Assembly: GCF_964355755.1 (NCBI RefSeq)
Contig: NC_092676.1
Coordinates: 7,851,888-7,915,887, forward strand
Reading direction: 5' to 3'
DNA: 64,000 bases
From: Antedon mediterranea
Taxonomy: Eukaryota > Animalia > Echinodermata
Part shown: positions 1 to 13,124 of the stretch, piece by piece
How positions within the stretch are numbered: position 1 is the first letter of the stretch
Layout of the letters: each line of letters starts with the position of its first letter
The notes under the pieces: generated by a model
Seen by the model: only the letters and a program-made list of their open reading frames with translations
What the model was told of the DNA's origin: nothing
Databases searched by the model: none
Position numbers and translations under genes: made by a program

Positions 1-510
1 GAGAAGGACAGCCCATTTATTTTTTACTCAACTGGAAACACACAACAAATCACCGATTTCTGGCAAGGACTTATGACTGTTAAGTCCTTGGTGGTAGTTG
101 AAAACTATTGTTTCCATTTGAGAGTCAGAGAAGAGTGTGTTTGACCTCTGATATAAAAAAAAATTGTTTTAAAACACTGACACTATTAGGGAAAAGTATG
201 GTGTCATACAAAATTTACCAGGGAAGATCAATAAAAGTTATTTAAACCAGTTACGCACCAGAGATTCCTCAACATGTCCAAATCCTACCTTACCCATAAC
301 ATGTGTGGACCCGGAGAAAAGAACAAAGTTCCAGTATCAGGGTGTAAAAAAGCTTTTCTACAAGTTTGTTCTACTGTATAATCAGTCTCACAGCTGTGCC
401 AATCAAAATAGTTAAGGTATAGTGTTCCACAATGAAATGATTGCCTTCTCCATCCCTCACTGAACCCTCACTGAAGAAAATAGGAAGAGCGGAGAGAGAA
501 ATAAGATTAT
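1..510 (-). pseudogene. Probable decayed Mab-21/cGLR-like nucleotidyltransferase fragment (runs off left edge)
   Basis: Minus-strand translation across stops and frameshifts gives, in order, FFSEGSVRDG (hGS motif), CETDYT (ExD), PGPHMLWVR and SSLTL..TKDLTVISPCQ. This is the same motif order as the cGLR at 5-15 kb. Confidence 0.4.
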
Positions 511-692
511 TGAAAGCAGTGCATACGGTGAAACAGCATTGTTCGATCGAATATATTTTCCCGACGCCCGAAGCGCTGAGGGAAATATATTCCCTCAGGC
601 AAAGACCATTAATTCTAAACCGCCCAGTGGTATACTGAAAATGTATTAATTAATTTGAAACGATGAATGAGCAAATCTGTGAGAATGAGAAA

Positions 693-766
693 AAGTCGCC
701 CCAACCGAGATTCGAACCTGGATCTTGTGCTTGATATACAGATGTCCTAACCATTAGGTTGTCGTC
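693..766 (-). repeat. tRNA-derived (SINE-head-like) fragment within a larger repeat
   Basis: Minus strand has A-box-like TAATGGTTAG and B-box GGTTCGAATC. Neighbouring 597-670 recurs at ~25510-25580 and ~25810-25875. Confidence 0.5.
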
Positions 767-1548
767 AGTCATGTAACAATTTTAACAAACAAAATATAAC
801 CGGGTGCTGGTCAACATTAGATTAAATTGTAACACATTTCAAACGCAATGCCTTATAATTATGCATTGATTAGATCTAATTATAACAGGGATCCTAACCA
901 ACCCACTACGAGTGGAATAGAATCATCAAATACAAGAATAAGTATGTTAAAAAAAAAACAATACTCAGGCAAACCTCATAGTCCAAAGTTCACAATGCTG
1001 CATCCATGGAAAAACGTAAACTTCCGCACCACACTGTTCATCTCCGGCCTCAACTTCTCAGGTGCAATACACTGTCTCGACGTTTTCTCCTCAGGCGCAC
1101 AACCACGACGCACACAACAAAAATAAACCGCTTTAACAAAAGGTAAAACATTTTGAAGAAATTCCATACTGTCGAGGTCCCGACGCTTTTTCCTCCCTTG
1201 CACACCCACTACGTGCACAGACGCTTAAACAAATTACGTTGAGCCAAACAACGTTGAGCAAAAATCGTTCCACGCCACTAATCCACCTTCGGGGTTGCTA
1301 CCGGATGTAAGCTCTGTGGTATATAAACGTGGCTCAGCTCACACTAGTACCACAATCCACATATTAATCCAAAACACCAATTTATTTTAATCAGGAACCG
1401 GTTTACCACGAACTTCAGCTAATTAACTTTACAAACAACAGCTAAAACTACATTCATATTCCACGGGGCCAAAATTAAACAGGAACATCAACAAGTCGTG
1501 GTACCCCAGCTTTTCCTTCACAGTTGTTTTTTTTTTATATCGACGGCC

Positions 1549-2624
1549 TGTGGAGCCGTGAAATGTGCAAAAAGTCACATTTGTGCAAACAACCACATTT
1601 GTGCAAACATTTTACCTTCAAATGTGCAAACAACCACATTTGTGCAAACATTTTACCTTCAAATGTGCAAATCTGTAAACATTCATTAACCGCAAATGTG
1701 CAAACATCACGCCGTTAAATGTAAAAACGGTCAGTTTTGACGTTAAATGTGCAAAAGGTATTCTACAAATGTGCAAATCATTTATTCAGTCAAATTCCTA
1801 TTACACTTTATATTTTTGGTTCGCAGGTCTTTCAGAGTAGAAATAACAATAGGAAAAAGAGTCTAATAAATTTAAAATGCTCAATATCATAATAACTAAT
1901 TATACTGTTGTATTTTATTATGATCAAAGGCTTTAACCCGTCTAAGTCAACTCGCCCTGAAGTCAACTCGGCCTCACGTCAACTAGGCCACCTTAAAGTA
2001 TGAAACGCAAAAGTGCAAATGAATGGGACAAAATAAGTCTAATGAACAGAAGAAAAATAATAAAAACGAAGTACGCATGTTATAGGGATGAATATTATAA
2101 TGAATGTGAATGTTAGTTGACCCCTCCATGGTTGACCGATTAGTTTTTGGCCGAGTTGACGTGAGGCCGAGTTGACTTGAGGCCGAGTTGACTTCAGGGC
2201 GAGTTGACTTGGGGCCGACTTGAATTTAGCCGAGGCGATTTAGAGCCTTTGATTATAATAAAATACAACAGTATAATTAGTTATGATATTGAACATTTTA
2301 AATTTATTATACTCTTTTTCCTATTGTTATTTCTACTCTGAAAGACCTACGAACCAAAAATATAAAATGGAATAGGAGTTTGGTTGAAGAAATGCTTTGC
2401 ACATTTGTAGATTCCCTTTTGCACATTTAACGTCAAAACTGATCGTTTTTACATTTAACGGCGAGATGTTTGCACATTTGCGGGTAATGAATTTTTACAG
2501 ATTTGCACATTTGAAGGTAAAATGTTTGCACAAATGTGGTTGTTTGCACATTTAAAGGTAAAATGTTTACACAAATGTGGCTGTTTGCACAAATGTGACT
2601 TTTTGCACATTTCACGGCTCCACA
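1549..2624. mobile_element. Foldback/MITE-like non-autonomous DNA element, Ginger-like termini
   Basis: ~390-bp TIRs starting TGTGGAGCCGTGAAATGTGC and ending GCACATTTCACGGCTCCACA (TGT...ACA); CGGCC duplicated at 1544-1548 and 2625-2629; internal AATGTGCAAA and AAGTCAACTCG repeats. Confidence 0.85.
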
Positions 2625-3136
2625 CGGCCTTTATCTGTTTTCATACAACCGCCAAGTTCGCCTACACAAACGGTTTCCTGTTCGTCCATCGTGTCAACAT
2701 CTACATATCCACCAGCACTGTTAATTTGAATAACATGTGACAATATCCCCAAACCAAGATGATACACCCGTATCACTATAACCCTTCACATAATACAAAT
2801 ATTTCTTTAACTATATCAATATGTTATTTTAATTTTATCAATTTTATTATTCTTTCCCATTTTTTTCTTCAATTCTATACAATTTAATACTTTAAATTAC
2901 ACATATTTTATTTTATATTCTAAAGTATCGTCCAGTACAAAATGTTTCGTAATCACGTCCTCATTCTATAGTGTACATCGGCTGAGAAATTCTGGACCGG
3001 AATTGTCTGACACTTTTATTGCTCTGACTACAAATCCCTGTTATTGGACACCTTTGTCTTCATCATTTATATACGTTAATGACTAATGATCAGTCTCTAA
3101 AATAAATTCACTACCGTATAGATATAAATCAAATTA

Positions 3137-3377
3137 CAATGAATAGGATACGATTAAAAGCAGTGAACATTTTATACCCATTTTAGTTGTACTTGCGCAT
3201 AGCGATAATGGATAGGATACGATTAAAATCAATGAAATGTTTACTCCGTGCGTTGCTATTCCCATTTTGGTTGTACTTGCGCACAGGGATAATGAATAGG
3301 ATACGATTAAAATCAATGAAATGTTTACTCCGTGCGTTACTATGCCCATTTTGGTTGTACTTGCGCACAGCGATAAT
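3137..3377. repeat. ~84-bp tandem repeat (about 3 units), resuming at 4252-4285 after an insertion
   Basis: Repeated GATAATGAATAGGATACGATTAAAATCAATG...TTGTACTTGCGCACAG units. Confidence 0.85.
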
Positions 3378-4251
3378 TAGTCTGGGCTCCAGACGGAGTT
3401 TTGTCTTAATATTAGTAAAAATATAAATATTTGACACCAAGAATTCTTGGTGCATAAATTATCATGTTGACTAGTTTCAGCTGCATGCGATTGGCTACTC
3501 ACTCGCAGGCAGTTTTAATATTCATATTTCAGAATTTCAAAGACTCAACATCTAAGATGATACGCATGCGCTATGCTACGTTTAGACAATTTGTACTTGG
3601 GTACATTGATGAAAGTTTCTGAAGGCTATAAATGATTTTATATGCCTAGTAGTCTGGTAAACATTTGATGGGATTTTTCCCAAGAACATGAAAACTCGTC
3701 TTGATATGATAGGCATAGCTTCTCCGCGAAATCAAACATTGAATGGATCATATTATGCGGAGATAATTTGATTTTATAATTCCCACCCAAACCCTGTCCT
3801 GTTCTGTGTTTGTGGTGGTGTAGCCCTATTGTGTGCCGGTCGGTGGTGGTATGTACCTTATTTATTGGCAGGTCATATGTACGAGTTGAGTAGCCCTACG
3901 AAGGAGGCCTAGGCCAGGACTGAACAATTAATAAACAAAACAACTTGGCAACACGATTATATTTCATCAACAGTTGTCTCGATCATACATTCAGCACTGT
4001 ACGTACTCGATCTTTTTAATTTTGAAACAAAATGATCATTGGTTGATTCGAAATCCATATTTACATACCGCCCGCCCCATATAGCCAAATACGGTATGAT
4101 AACCTACGTCATTCTTATCGGATGTTTGCGGTCTGCAAATCGATTTCTATACGTGTTTCACAAGTCTGTATTTTCAGACAAAAATCGCGGTCGAAATAAA
4201 AACAAATAAATAAAAAAAAAAGACAATAAATACAGACTTGGGGCAAGTCTA
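3378..4251. mobile_element. Non-autonomous DNA transposon with 9-bp TSD, AcademH-like
   Basis: AGCGATAAT duplicated at 3369-3377 and 4252-4260; imperfect termini TAGTCTGGGCTCCAGAC ... CAGACTTGGGGCAAGTCTA (TAG...CTA). Confidence 0.7.
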
Positions 4252-4333
4252 AGCGATAATGAATAGGATACGATTAAAATCAATGTATCATTCTAGTCTA
4301 AGCTATAATATAGCCTATAGTGCTTGAGTTTAG

Positions 4334-4668
4334 TGAGTGAGTGGCCAAGCGGTTAAGACAGTGAAACCGTAATACCTAATTGCCATATTAACATCGGCAA
4401 GGGTACACTCGACGCTCCGTGGTTCTGGTGGTAGAACAAGTCTTCTCGGATAAGGACTATAAACCGTAAGTCCAGTGTACACATCTGGCTCATGTGCACT
4501 TTAAAGAACCTAGTACGTCTTTCGAGACGAGTAGGGGGCTACGCCGACCCCGGTGGTGTACTAATACACACATCAGCCACTGTCACTCATCATGAGGGCC
4601 CCTTGATTGTCAGCATACGCCGTTTAGGGTCACCCTCTATAAATAAGTTGTAATACAAAAATAAAAAA
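4334..4668 (+). mobile_element. tRNA-derived SINE with Nin/Deu-like central domain
   Basis: A-box head GTGGCCAAGCGGTTAAG; core GTCTTCTCGGATAAGGACTATAAACCG...TTAAAGAACC...TTCGAGACGAGTAGGGG resembles the Deu/Nin conserved domain; A-rich tail. Confidence 0.7.
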
Positions 4669-5402
4669 AGTGTTAATTTTATCATAAGTTAAAAATACTT
4701 TAGGGTTTAGGATCACCCTATTATAGAGGTGTAATAAAAATTTAAAAAGTGTTTGATGTCGAGTTTATTTTTACCATAAGTTAAAAATACTTTTCACCAT
4801 TTAATCTGTGTACCGTACTCTATACTAAGACACTATGAAGAAAAGCAAACAAAGCTATATTGGAAATATTGTCTTGCAACTTGTGATAAACTGATTGATA
4901 TAAAATGTCTTGTTAGCTACCGTAGTACAGTTGTTTCATTTTTTTGTTTAGTATGGTGATATGGTGAACTATACATACATATTATTGTTAGATAATATTT
5001 ACTAAAACTAAATAACAAATAAATTCCACTTTATAGAGTTCACAAAAAAAATCTTTTGCAAAATGCATTTTTTTACATAATATTTTGTACCAATTTTTTT
5101 TTTACTTGTTGTGTGTACAATACATAAAGTAACAAATGAAATAGAAAATTTTGCAAGTATTGTATGTAATAGTTAGACTTTGTACCGAGAAAAACTCAAT
5201 AGGTGTATTGCAAAGTTCACAATATCGTTTCACAATTTCTTTTGGAACAAACAAGCACTTGTGGAGTTTGGTGATTGTGAACAATCAGAAGTACTGAGTG
5301 ATACACTAAGTATTGTACTTTTGGAACACATAGTTGTGATACCTGTGATGCGGAATAAATCAAACCAAGAAGACGTTGATCAAATTGCAGTTCAGCGTCT
5401 TA

Positions 5403-8327
5403 AGGCCAATTTACACAGACGAGCGGTAACGGTAAGCGGTAAAGTTGAGCGGAAAACGCAAAAATAGAATATATGTTATTTCTTATGACCATTTACACAG
5501 AACGCGGAGCGGACGACACACTCAATTCACCAGGGACAAAAAGTAGTGAGCCCTCTATCGGCAGCGAATCGTTTTTGCACACGAGACAGCGTTGACAATT
5601 ACCCGGAAGCAACTTTGTTTTGAAAAGTAAATCTTAGGTTTTTGCAAACTGGCCAATTGGAACTTTTGGTTTTATTTACTAATGAATAATTCATGAAAAC
5701 CTTTGACGAGGCATCTACGAACCACGTGATATTGTTTTTTAATCGACGAACCCATTATATTTGTGTGAAACAAGGGTGAATTACACCGATGTTTTTTAAA
5801 CAATTTTAGGCTATTCGAATGTTAAAATTTTGTCTAATTTGTTGAGGCTGTAATAAAACAACGCAATTTTTTGAGAAGGTGGGTTTTATAGTTTCTGAAT
5901 ATTTGATTTTTCAATAGTAGTTAATAAAAAAATCTCGTTGGGGTTATTTTTTATTTTTTTTTAATGGCTGCTTAAACATGTGCCTTCTTGGGTATTTCAC
6001 TATTGAAAATGGAACACATGGTTGTAGCTAAAATCATTTTTTACGCCATAAGATAAAAAATGTGATTTTGTAAATTAATAAGGGCAACATATAATATATA
6101 GGAAAGCTGTTTTAAATCATAAAACTCTACAAAGCCTCTTTGTTTTATTTATAAATCAATATAGTCTAGGCCTAGTAATACAGTAGGAGAGCCAGGCTTT
6201 AGCCTATAATAGTGGGGTAGTGCGTGCATTATTGGCGCGTGTTCATTGTCAGGCGCGCGTTGTTTATAGGCCTAAGAAAATAAGAATAAATATACACATA
6301 TAATTAAATAATGATTATTATTAATTGAATGTTTTGTTTTTTTTACAGACCCCAGAGGATTGTTCTACATACTTCAATACAAATAGCATTAAAGCAACAA
6401 CAATTTCTTATGAGTCATATTAATTTACCTCTGGCATATAATGTCAAAAAGCACTATTAATACTGTAATTATTGATATTTATAGATGTATTGCCAAAGAG
6501 ACATTTATTTTTTAAAAACTTTAACTTATCCTAATTTACTTATTTAAAGGTTCAAGTGGCGGTTGGTTGTTGTGCAGTAGTTTAATAAAGTTTAAATGTA
6601 CATTTCAAATCGGCAAATAAATAATGGTAATAGGCCTACTACAGTAATAGTAAATCTTTTGAAGATTAGGCTTAGTACAAAAAATGTTAGCTAAGTTCAT
6701 GTAGAAAACTTGTTGTCTGATTTTTAAGGTGCAATTTGTGATAATATTAAAAGTTAAAATGTTAATTGGTGTGTATTTGTATTTCATTTATTGCTCCATT
6801 ATTATAATAAAAAGCAGGGAACCGTGAAATTTCATTTTAGCTCCGATAAAAAGTAAACATTTTCAGCATATACTTAAATCAATCATATGTTAGTGAAAGG
6901 TGACATTAACAGATTTATTATGAGATTACTAGTAAGCCTACTAGCTTTAGCTCTATTCATAAAAATATGACATTATATACTGTGTACATTAATTAACTAG
7001 CCTAGGCCTAACTAATTGACTGATTTTTCAGTATTTTACCAAGTCAGCCGTTCAGGCATGCAAACAGTCCCCACTTCACACTAATCTTCATAATTATAAG
7101 AAAAATGAAAGTTGAGCACTTTATTTTAAAATTTATATGCCCATATTATAAGATTCTGCATCATCCACTTAACAAGAACTAAAATTGAGAGCACAGTGAT
7201 GGAGCGCATTTTCCGTCGTTCTCGTCGCCTAAGGAAACGAGTATTCCAGCCTTGCCGCGTATTCCTAGGCCTACGCGCACCGCACTTTCGCTCAAAATAC
7301 ACTATCTTCAACTCCTTATAGAATTTGTTTGAAAAATAACCCCAAGCTTATATTTGGAAATCTTTGAAAATGCATATAAGACTATATTATAGCGTTTTCA
7401 GAATTTCATTTAAAAATTGCAAATTAATGTTAGCTATTTTAACAAATTAGTTAGTTTTCACTTTTTTGTTTTCGCCGTATGACTCGCTTTGTTTACGTTT
7501 ACACTTGGCTTAGACGTTTATCTTAGAATTCAAATAAATTAATCCATAATCAACTAAAATTGCTATTGTTGTGGTTTTTGTTTAATATAAATGTTCTTTA
7601 TTAACAGAAATAAATCAAACAACAATATAATTTAATATAAACCCGTTAAAAAGGAAATTTAGACAGCCTATAAAACACGGACGTCAGAACTCGCGTCGCT
7701 CGAAATGCTCGTTAACTTTCTATTTATAGCCAATCGAAAAAGGCTCCGGCTAACTTAAACAATGAAAACGGCTCTCGGAACACTTAATGTCCCATTTTCG
7801 CTGTTTGACGTGGATGTGACGAGCGGTTGAGCGGAAATCCGCTCAGGATCGAAACAGATTCGATTTTGTGAAAATACCGCGCGGTAATTATGGATTCTGG
7901 CCATGCCAACCAACGACATGATTGAAATGACGTCATCTATCAACAACTTTTTTTTGCGTCCGTCGAGTGAAAGACGACAATAAATACGAGTGCCGTAGTA
8001 GGCCTAGCCTAGTTTGCAACTTCTTTATATTCAGAAATACAAACACCTACGACGTGACTAATGTTCGTATAAGGATAGTGAAAAGAAAATACACATTTTA
8101 GTACGTTATTAGGCAACAATTCCCTCTAAAACTTAGGCCTGTGTGTGCTAGGCCTACTGACAGTCAGTCACATCCAGGCCAGCAGTGACTGTAACATGCA
8201 TTAGCCTCGAGGCCTACACGCACCACTCCGTTCGCGAACTCCGCGCGCTATGTAAATGGGAAAAGCCACGCGGTTTTTCGTTTACAATTACCGCTTACCG
8301 TTACCGCTCGTCTGTGTAAATTGGCCT
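5403..8327. mobile_element. PIF/Harbinger-like non-autonomous DNA transposon (2.9 kb) inserted in the cGLR ORF
   Basis: ~40-bp perfect TIR AGGCCAATTTACACAGACGAGCGGTAACGGTAAGCGGTAA; 3-bp TTA TSD (5400-5402, 8328-8330); no intact transposase. Confidence 0.9.
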
Positions 8328-9213
8328 TTAGAAGTGTAATGTCATATCGATACCTTCACATTGCTTCTTGTAGAATTAAACAGAAATTATCAGATGTTGC
8401 TTCTAGAGAACTTTCTTATATACCCTTTGATGAAGAGTATTTAGTAGGGAGTGCGAATGAAGCAATGCCTCCAACAGGCCCGTAACCAGGGGGGGATCGG
8501 GGGGATCGTACGATCCCCCCCGCTGAACCGCGAGTTCCGCTTGGCCTCCCACTTTTTTTTGCTGGGCATACTAACACAACACGACGATTGTTCACTACAG
8601 GCCTAGTCAAGCCTTAATAAATTTAATTAATATATATATATATATATATTTTAACTGAAATATAAAAACCTAACACTAAAATTTACAAGATAAGTTCTAT
8701 TTGATAACTGCTGAACATCGTGGTTCTGGAGCTAGCGAGCTGTACACAGAGCATAGTTGTTGTTTGGTTGACATAACAGGGTATTCCCCTACACAGATCT
8801 CCGCGTGCGTGTGTGACGTGCCCAGCCAGCTGCTTGATAGAGAAAGCATGCAGCTCACACGACGCAAGTGCAAGATGCAATGGTTGAGTGAATTCAGGGA
8901 TCATCTTAATTCCATGGTTTTTTTACCTAAACACCACATGATGGTGAATATGCCTGTTAAAGTCTCAATGATACGATCCCTAATGTACCATGTTGTTGCT
9001 AGGAGGCTTGAAAGGAGGAGGGATCTAGCCTAATTTCGGTCGGCAAGAGAATGCCGTCCTCTGACAATATAAGGTCGGCAATATTAAGGTCGGCAATTGA
9101 AATTTGTGGGCTGGAAATTACACCAACAATATAGTTCAATCATAAACAAAAGAGAATAGCCGGAAATGCGATTTGCGGCCTATATAGAGAACAAAATTTC
9201 GAGGGTATGGTTC

Positions 9214-11278
9214 CAGTGGCGGATCTAGCAGGGGCGTATTTTTTTAGTCGCGTGGAAGCGACTCTATAGTTCACTATGTCGGTCGGTCGGTCTGTCTGTC
9301 TGTCTGTCGGTCTGTCTGTCTGTCTGTCGGTCCGGTATCACTATGCGTTTTATCGCTTTCTGACCTTATCTTGACATCAGTTTAATCTAGCTAGGTCAAT
9401 TTTTCACAGTATATTCCTTATGGCCAGGAATCAATGTGGTTATGTTTTCACGGTGCGCAATAAAAAATTACGCGGTCTACGCACGATTTAACGAAATCAC
9501 GTTTGTAATCATATCTTCACAACCATGAATCACAATTAAATAAAATTTGGTACTCATAAATTTCAGGGCATAAATCATCATATGGCAATACAATTACGTG
9601 CGTAGCGCATGTAACGCATGCGTACGCGCGCTTAACATTTTCAAAATTTATTTTCGATGAAATAAGAGTACATTTCAGGCAATTTTAAGCGTTTACAAAA
9701 TTGCCATGAGTGCGCATATTTTTGCGCGCGCACTGCGCGTTAAATGTTATCGCGCACTCTTTTTGCCCGATTTCTGTTTTCTTGACTTACTTTTCAACTC
9801 GAAATTACGTTATACGAGCACGTCGAAAGTGACAGGCTACGCACGTGTAAATTTAAAAAAAATAAATGTTTTTAAACATTTCAACATTTTTAAACATGTT
9901 CAGTAATTTCGGTCAGTATAGTTCACTATGTCGGTCGGTCGGTCGGTCTCTCTGTCTGTCGGTCTGTCGGTCTGTCTGTCGGTCTGTCGGTCTGTCTGTC
10001 GGTCCGGTATCACTATGCATTGTAGCACGCGACTTAATGGCTGTTGGCCTTGTTTTTAATTAAATAGATTTTAAAAACACGTATCGTTTCGACGGTCATC
10101 AATCACCGATGGTTTGCACATTTTCATAGTGAAAATAGTACGTCGGAGCACATCGTCAGCTTGATCGCATTCCACCAAGCATGTACGTCGACATCCTTTG
10201 TGTACTATCAATCTCTAGCGTTACCAACGATCATTCACAGTTAAGTGTAAAAGGAGCAAGTTGATAAAAGCCACGTGGTGAGCTTGGTCGCGTTCCACTA
10301 AGCAGGTCGGCTGCCGGCATCCTTTGTGATCGTCACTCCCGTATTGTAGAGTAGCGGTACCTCAGACGATCAATGTTGATGAAGCCACATGGCCAGTGCT
10401 ACTATACTACGCGCCCATTTATTAAGTACAATAAAAACAAAGGCTAGGACTGTATGCCTATGAAAATTATCCCGTTAGGGATAAATTTTATTAAAACGTA
10501 TTACTATTAAAATATTAACAATGCTGCAGCATTTCATGACCCTTGTTGTTTTAATTGCTTTCCCGTCGATGATTCTCATAAACACATCGCGATGACATCA
10601 TGACAAAAGAGGTGTTTTGTTTTTTTCAAATCACTAAATATAATGTAATCGAGCCGGACCGCTAATTTTTAAACGATCGTTTAAACCAGGTCGTTGAATA
10701 TGCCGTGATTTTAATTGTCAAAAACATGACCGTCAGTCGATGGCTCGGAGTTTCGATAAATCTCGCGTCGCATGTGTTGCGTGGTGAAAACACTCTCAGC
10801 AAGTTTGCTTCATTAATATGCATGAGACTCTGTGACGACCCGCTTTAACGTGACGTCATTTTACTTTAGCTGTATGCGAAGTATAGTGACCGCGATCGAC
10901 CCGGCGCGCGTGTAAAAAAATAATACCGGCCTAGGCTAGGACAAGTTTATAATATAACGGTGAAAAACATCGTCGCGTTGTAAAAATTTAGATGTAAAGT
11001 ACAGGCAAGTTGTTAGCTTGCTTTTGGTACCCTAGGTAAGTATCAGCTGCATATTCCACATGTCGTAATTTGCGAGCTTTAGAGTGTTTGGTAAATGACA
11101 TTATGAGATGTTTGTAAATCGTTTTAAACGACTTAAAATGCGCTAGAACGCCAAAAATTTCCAGGGGCCGTCGGCCCCTGGATCCCGACCGGGGGCCCTT
11201 GGCGGCCCCCTGGCCCCCAGCCAATGTTTGCTCGCAAAGCTACGCCACCCCTATTTCAATATCCTGGATCCGCCCCTG
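9214..11278. mobile_element. Second hAT-like element with 5-bp TSD nested in the previous one
   Basis: TIR CAGTGGCGGATCTAG / CTGGATCCGCCCCTG; GGTTC duplicated at 9209-9213 and 11279-11283. Confidence 0.85.
9241..10055 (+). mobile_element. Helentron-associated non-autonomous element (HINE/DINE-1-like)
   Basis: Inserted in a T-run; subterminal inverted repeat AGTCGCGTG / CACGCGACT; (GTCG/GTCT)n microsatellite blocks near both ends. Confidence 0.75.
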
Positions 11279-11484
11279 GGTTCCACTAAACAACTTAACG
11301 ATCCACCCCGCCGTCAAACCTGGTTACGGCCCTGTCCAAGCACGTGTGGAGATTATGATAAAATGATAAATTGTTCTTTTTTTTCTGTTGTGCTGTGGCC
11401 GTTTGAACCAGAAAGAATGTATCATAAATTTGGTTATTTAATAACTGAGCAAAATCCAAATCAACCAGTGTATTTGAAGCTTAA

Positions 11485-13124
11485 AGGGGGATTCTGGGTT
11501 TAAAATTGCTTTTAAATATCGTTTATTTATTAAATAAAAAATATTATAACAATATAGACATGTCAGAATGAAGAAGTAATAACGAGAAATTAAAAAAATT
11601 AAATTTCATATAAATTTTAGGGTAAATTCATGGAAAATCTGTATTTCAGCAGCTTAGGGAAGCTCATTAATATTCATGAGATATTCACAAAATCACGTCA
11701 TCAGTCAGTGGATTCCAAACTCGCGACGTCAAGCTTGTACGTTGTGTTCTCTCTCTTCTGTCAAACGACGACCACCCGATCATTGTGAAATACATTTTTT
11801 GTAGATTTGCTAAGCTAGGCCTAAAGTGTAATAATAACAGTAGTAGCATATATTTATTTGACATTTAATGAAATACAAAATTTAGTACAGATTACAGAGT
11901 CATAAATTATACTATTTTTATACCTCGAATTAATAATAATACTGTAGTACAGATCGTATATCGGCTTCACGTACTAGGCTAGGCCTAGCCTAAATCATTT
12001 TATTCATGCCGGGGTGAGAGCCATTTCTGACTAGGGATTCCATGCCACGATGGCTACGTTAAAACATTGGGGCCATCATTCATGGGCCTAGCTAGCCTAT
12101 TACTAAACGATTGGCCCATAAATAACAAAACTCAGTGGATTCCACACCCATCCTATCAACCAAACTCCTAAACAATCTAAACCTAAAACGTTCTACAAAA
12201 ATCGGCTGTAAATATTGAGGCAAAACAAGGTCCGATCGCCGTCCGCACGTATGGTGTCCCGATCGAATAAGTAGGCCTAGTTTACTCTCCAAAAAAGCGG
12301 ATACTGCATCAAGCAAGTACACCGGTAGTAGGTAGGAAGGAGACCTAGCCTAGCCTAGCCGATCCGGCCCAGTTAAAAATTGAGCTAGCTAGTGTAGTAG
12401 ACCCTATGCGAATTGATACTACCAGGCCTTTTACTTAGGCTAGGCTACACTTGTTAAAATTAGCAATACTGTACTTATGTTTACAAATATTCCAACTCTC
12501 TCATTCGAGCTATATTATCTATACCATTCCGGTAGGTTGAGTCGACCTTCAATCAAATACTGTACATCGTTCATGTTGTGATTATAGACGGGGTATACTC
12601 GACCCGACCAGTTTGGTATTGTATACTGTATCTGCTTATCACGTGACGATGCCAAGCATGGGCAGAGAGAGCACGTGTATCGTCGTCTCGCTCTCCTCTC
12701 CTCGCTCAGCAGGAATGTATACGTTACGCTTCGTTGATTTTGAAGGCTTTCCCTAAGTCAGTGCGAAAATCGGCAAACGTAAAGTGCAAACTTATCTAAT
12801 TTTTCACTGTTTTGATGGATTTTCATAGAAAACTGACTTTATAAATGGGAAGACCGACTAAAATTACATCAGATAAGTATAATTTTACAAAAGTAATTGA
12901 TATGGTTAATGATAACGAATCGTCGGAAGATTGACCATTTCACGAATTTCCTATTCTGTAACCACAGTGTGATTTAGCCGTAGCTGCACTTGTAATCTGG
13001 CCTCATTTCACAGCCTTCGTTCTGCTTCACTGGGCGCTTATATAAATTGAAACTTTTACCGTTCAAGAGACAAACAAATATATTTTACATTTTTTACTAT
13101 TCATTTTAAACCCGGAACCCCCCT
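11485..13124. mobile_element. Kolobok-like non-autonomous DNA transposon inserted in the cGLR ORF
   Basis: TTAA TSD (11481-11484, 13125-13128); TIR AGGGGGATTCTGGGTTTAAAAT / ATTTTAAACCCGGAACCCCCCT with AG...CT termini. Confidence 0.85.

Larger units (their letters stand above)
8475..11334. mobile_element. hAT-like non-autonomous element with 5-bp TSD (hAT5-like), outer layer of a nest
   Basis: TIR CAGGCCCGTAACCAGG / CCTGGTTACGGCCCTG; TCCAA duplicated at 8470-8474 and 11335-11339; removing it restores the cGLR frame. Confidence 0.85.

Noticed and set aside
693-766. Functional tRNA genes (also 37893-37975 and the 4334 SINE head)
   Set aside because: Stems pair poorly and the sequences are embedded in repeats; treated as tRNA-derived relics.
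1498-3455. Short ORFs in the foldback element and the 84-bp repeat
   Set aside because: Repetitive translations of non-coding repeats, as are most other 60-110-aa ORFs in the track.
5403-13124. TE insertions acting as spliceable introns (introners) or programmed excisions that restore an active cGLR
   Set aside because: The insertions lack GT...AG ends, and the gene has independent lesions (stop at 5174, deletion at ~13385, several frameshifts), so excision alone would not give a full protein.
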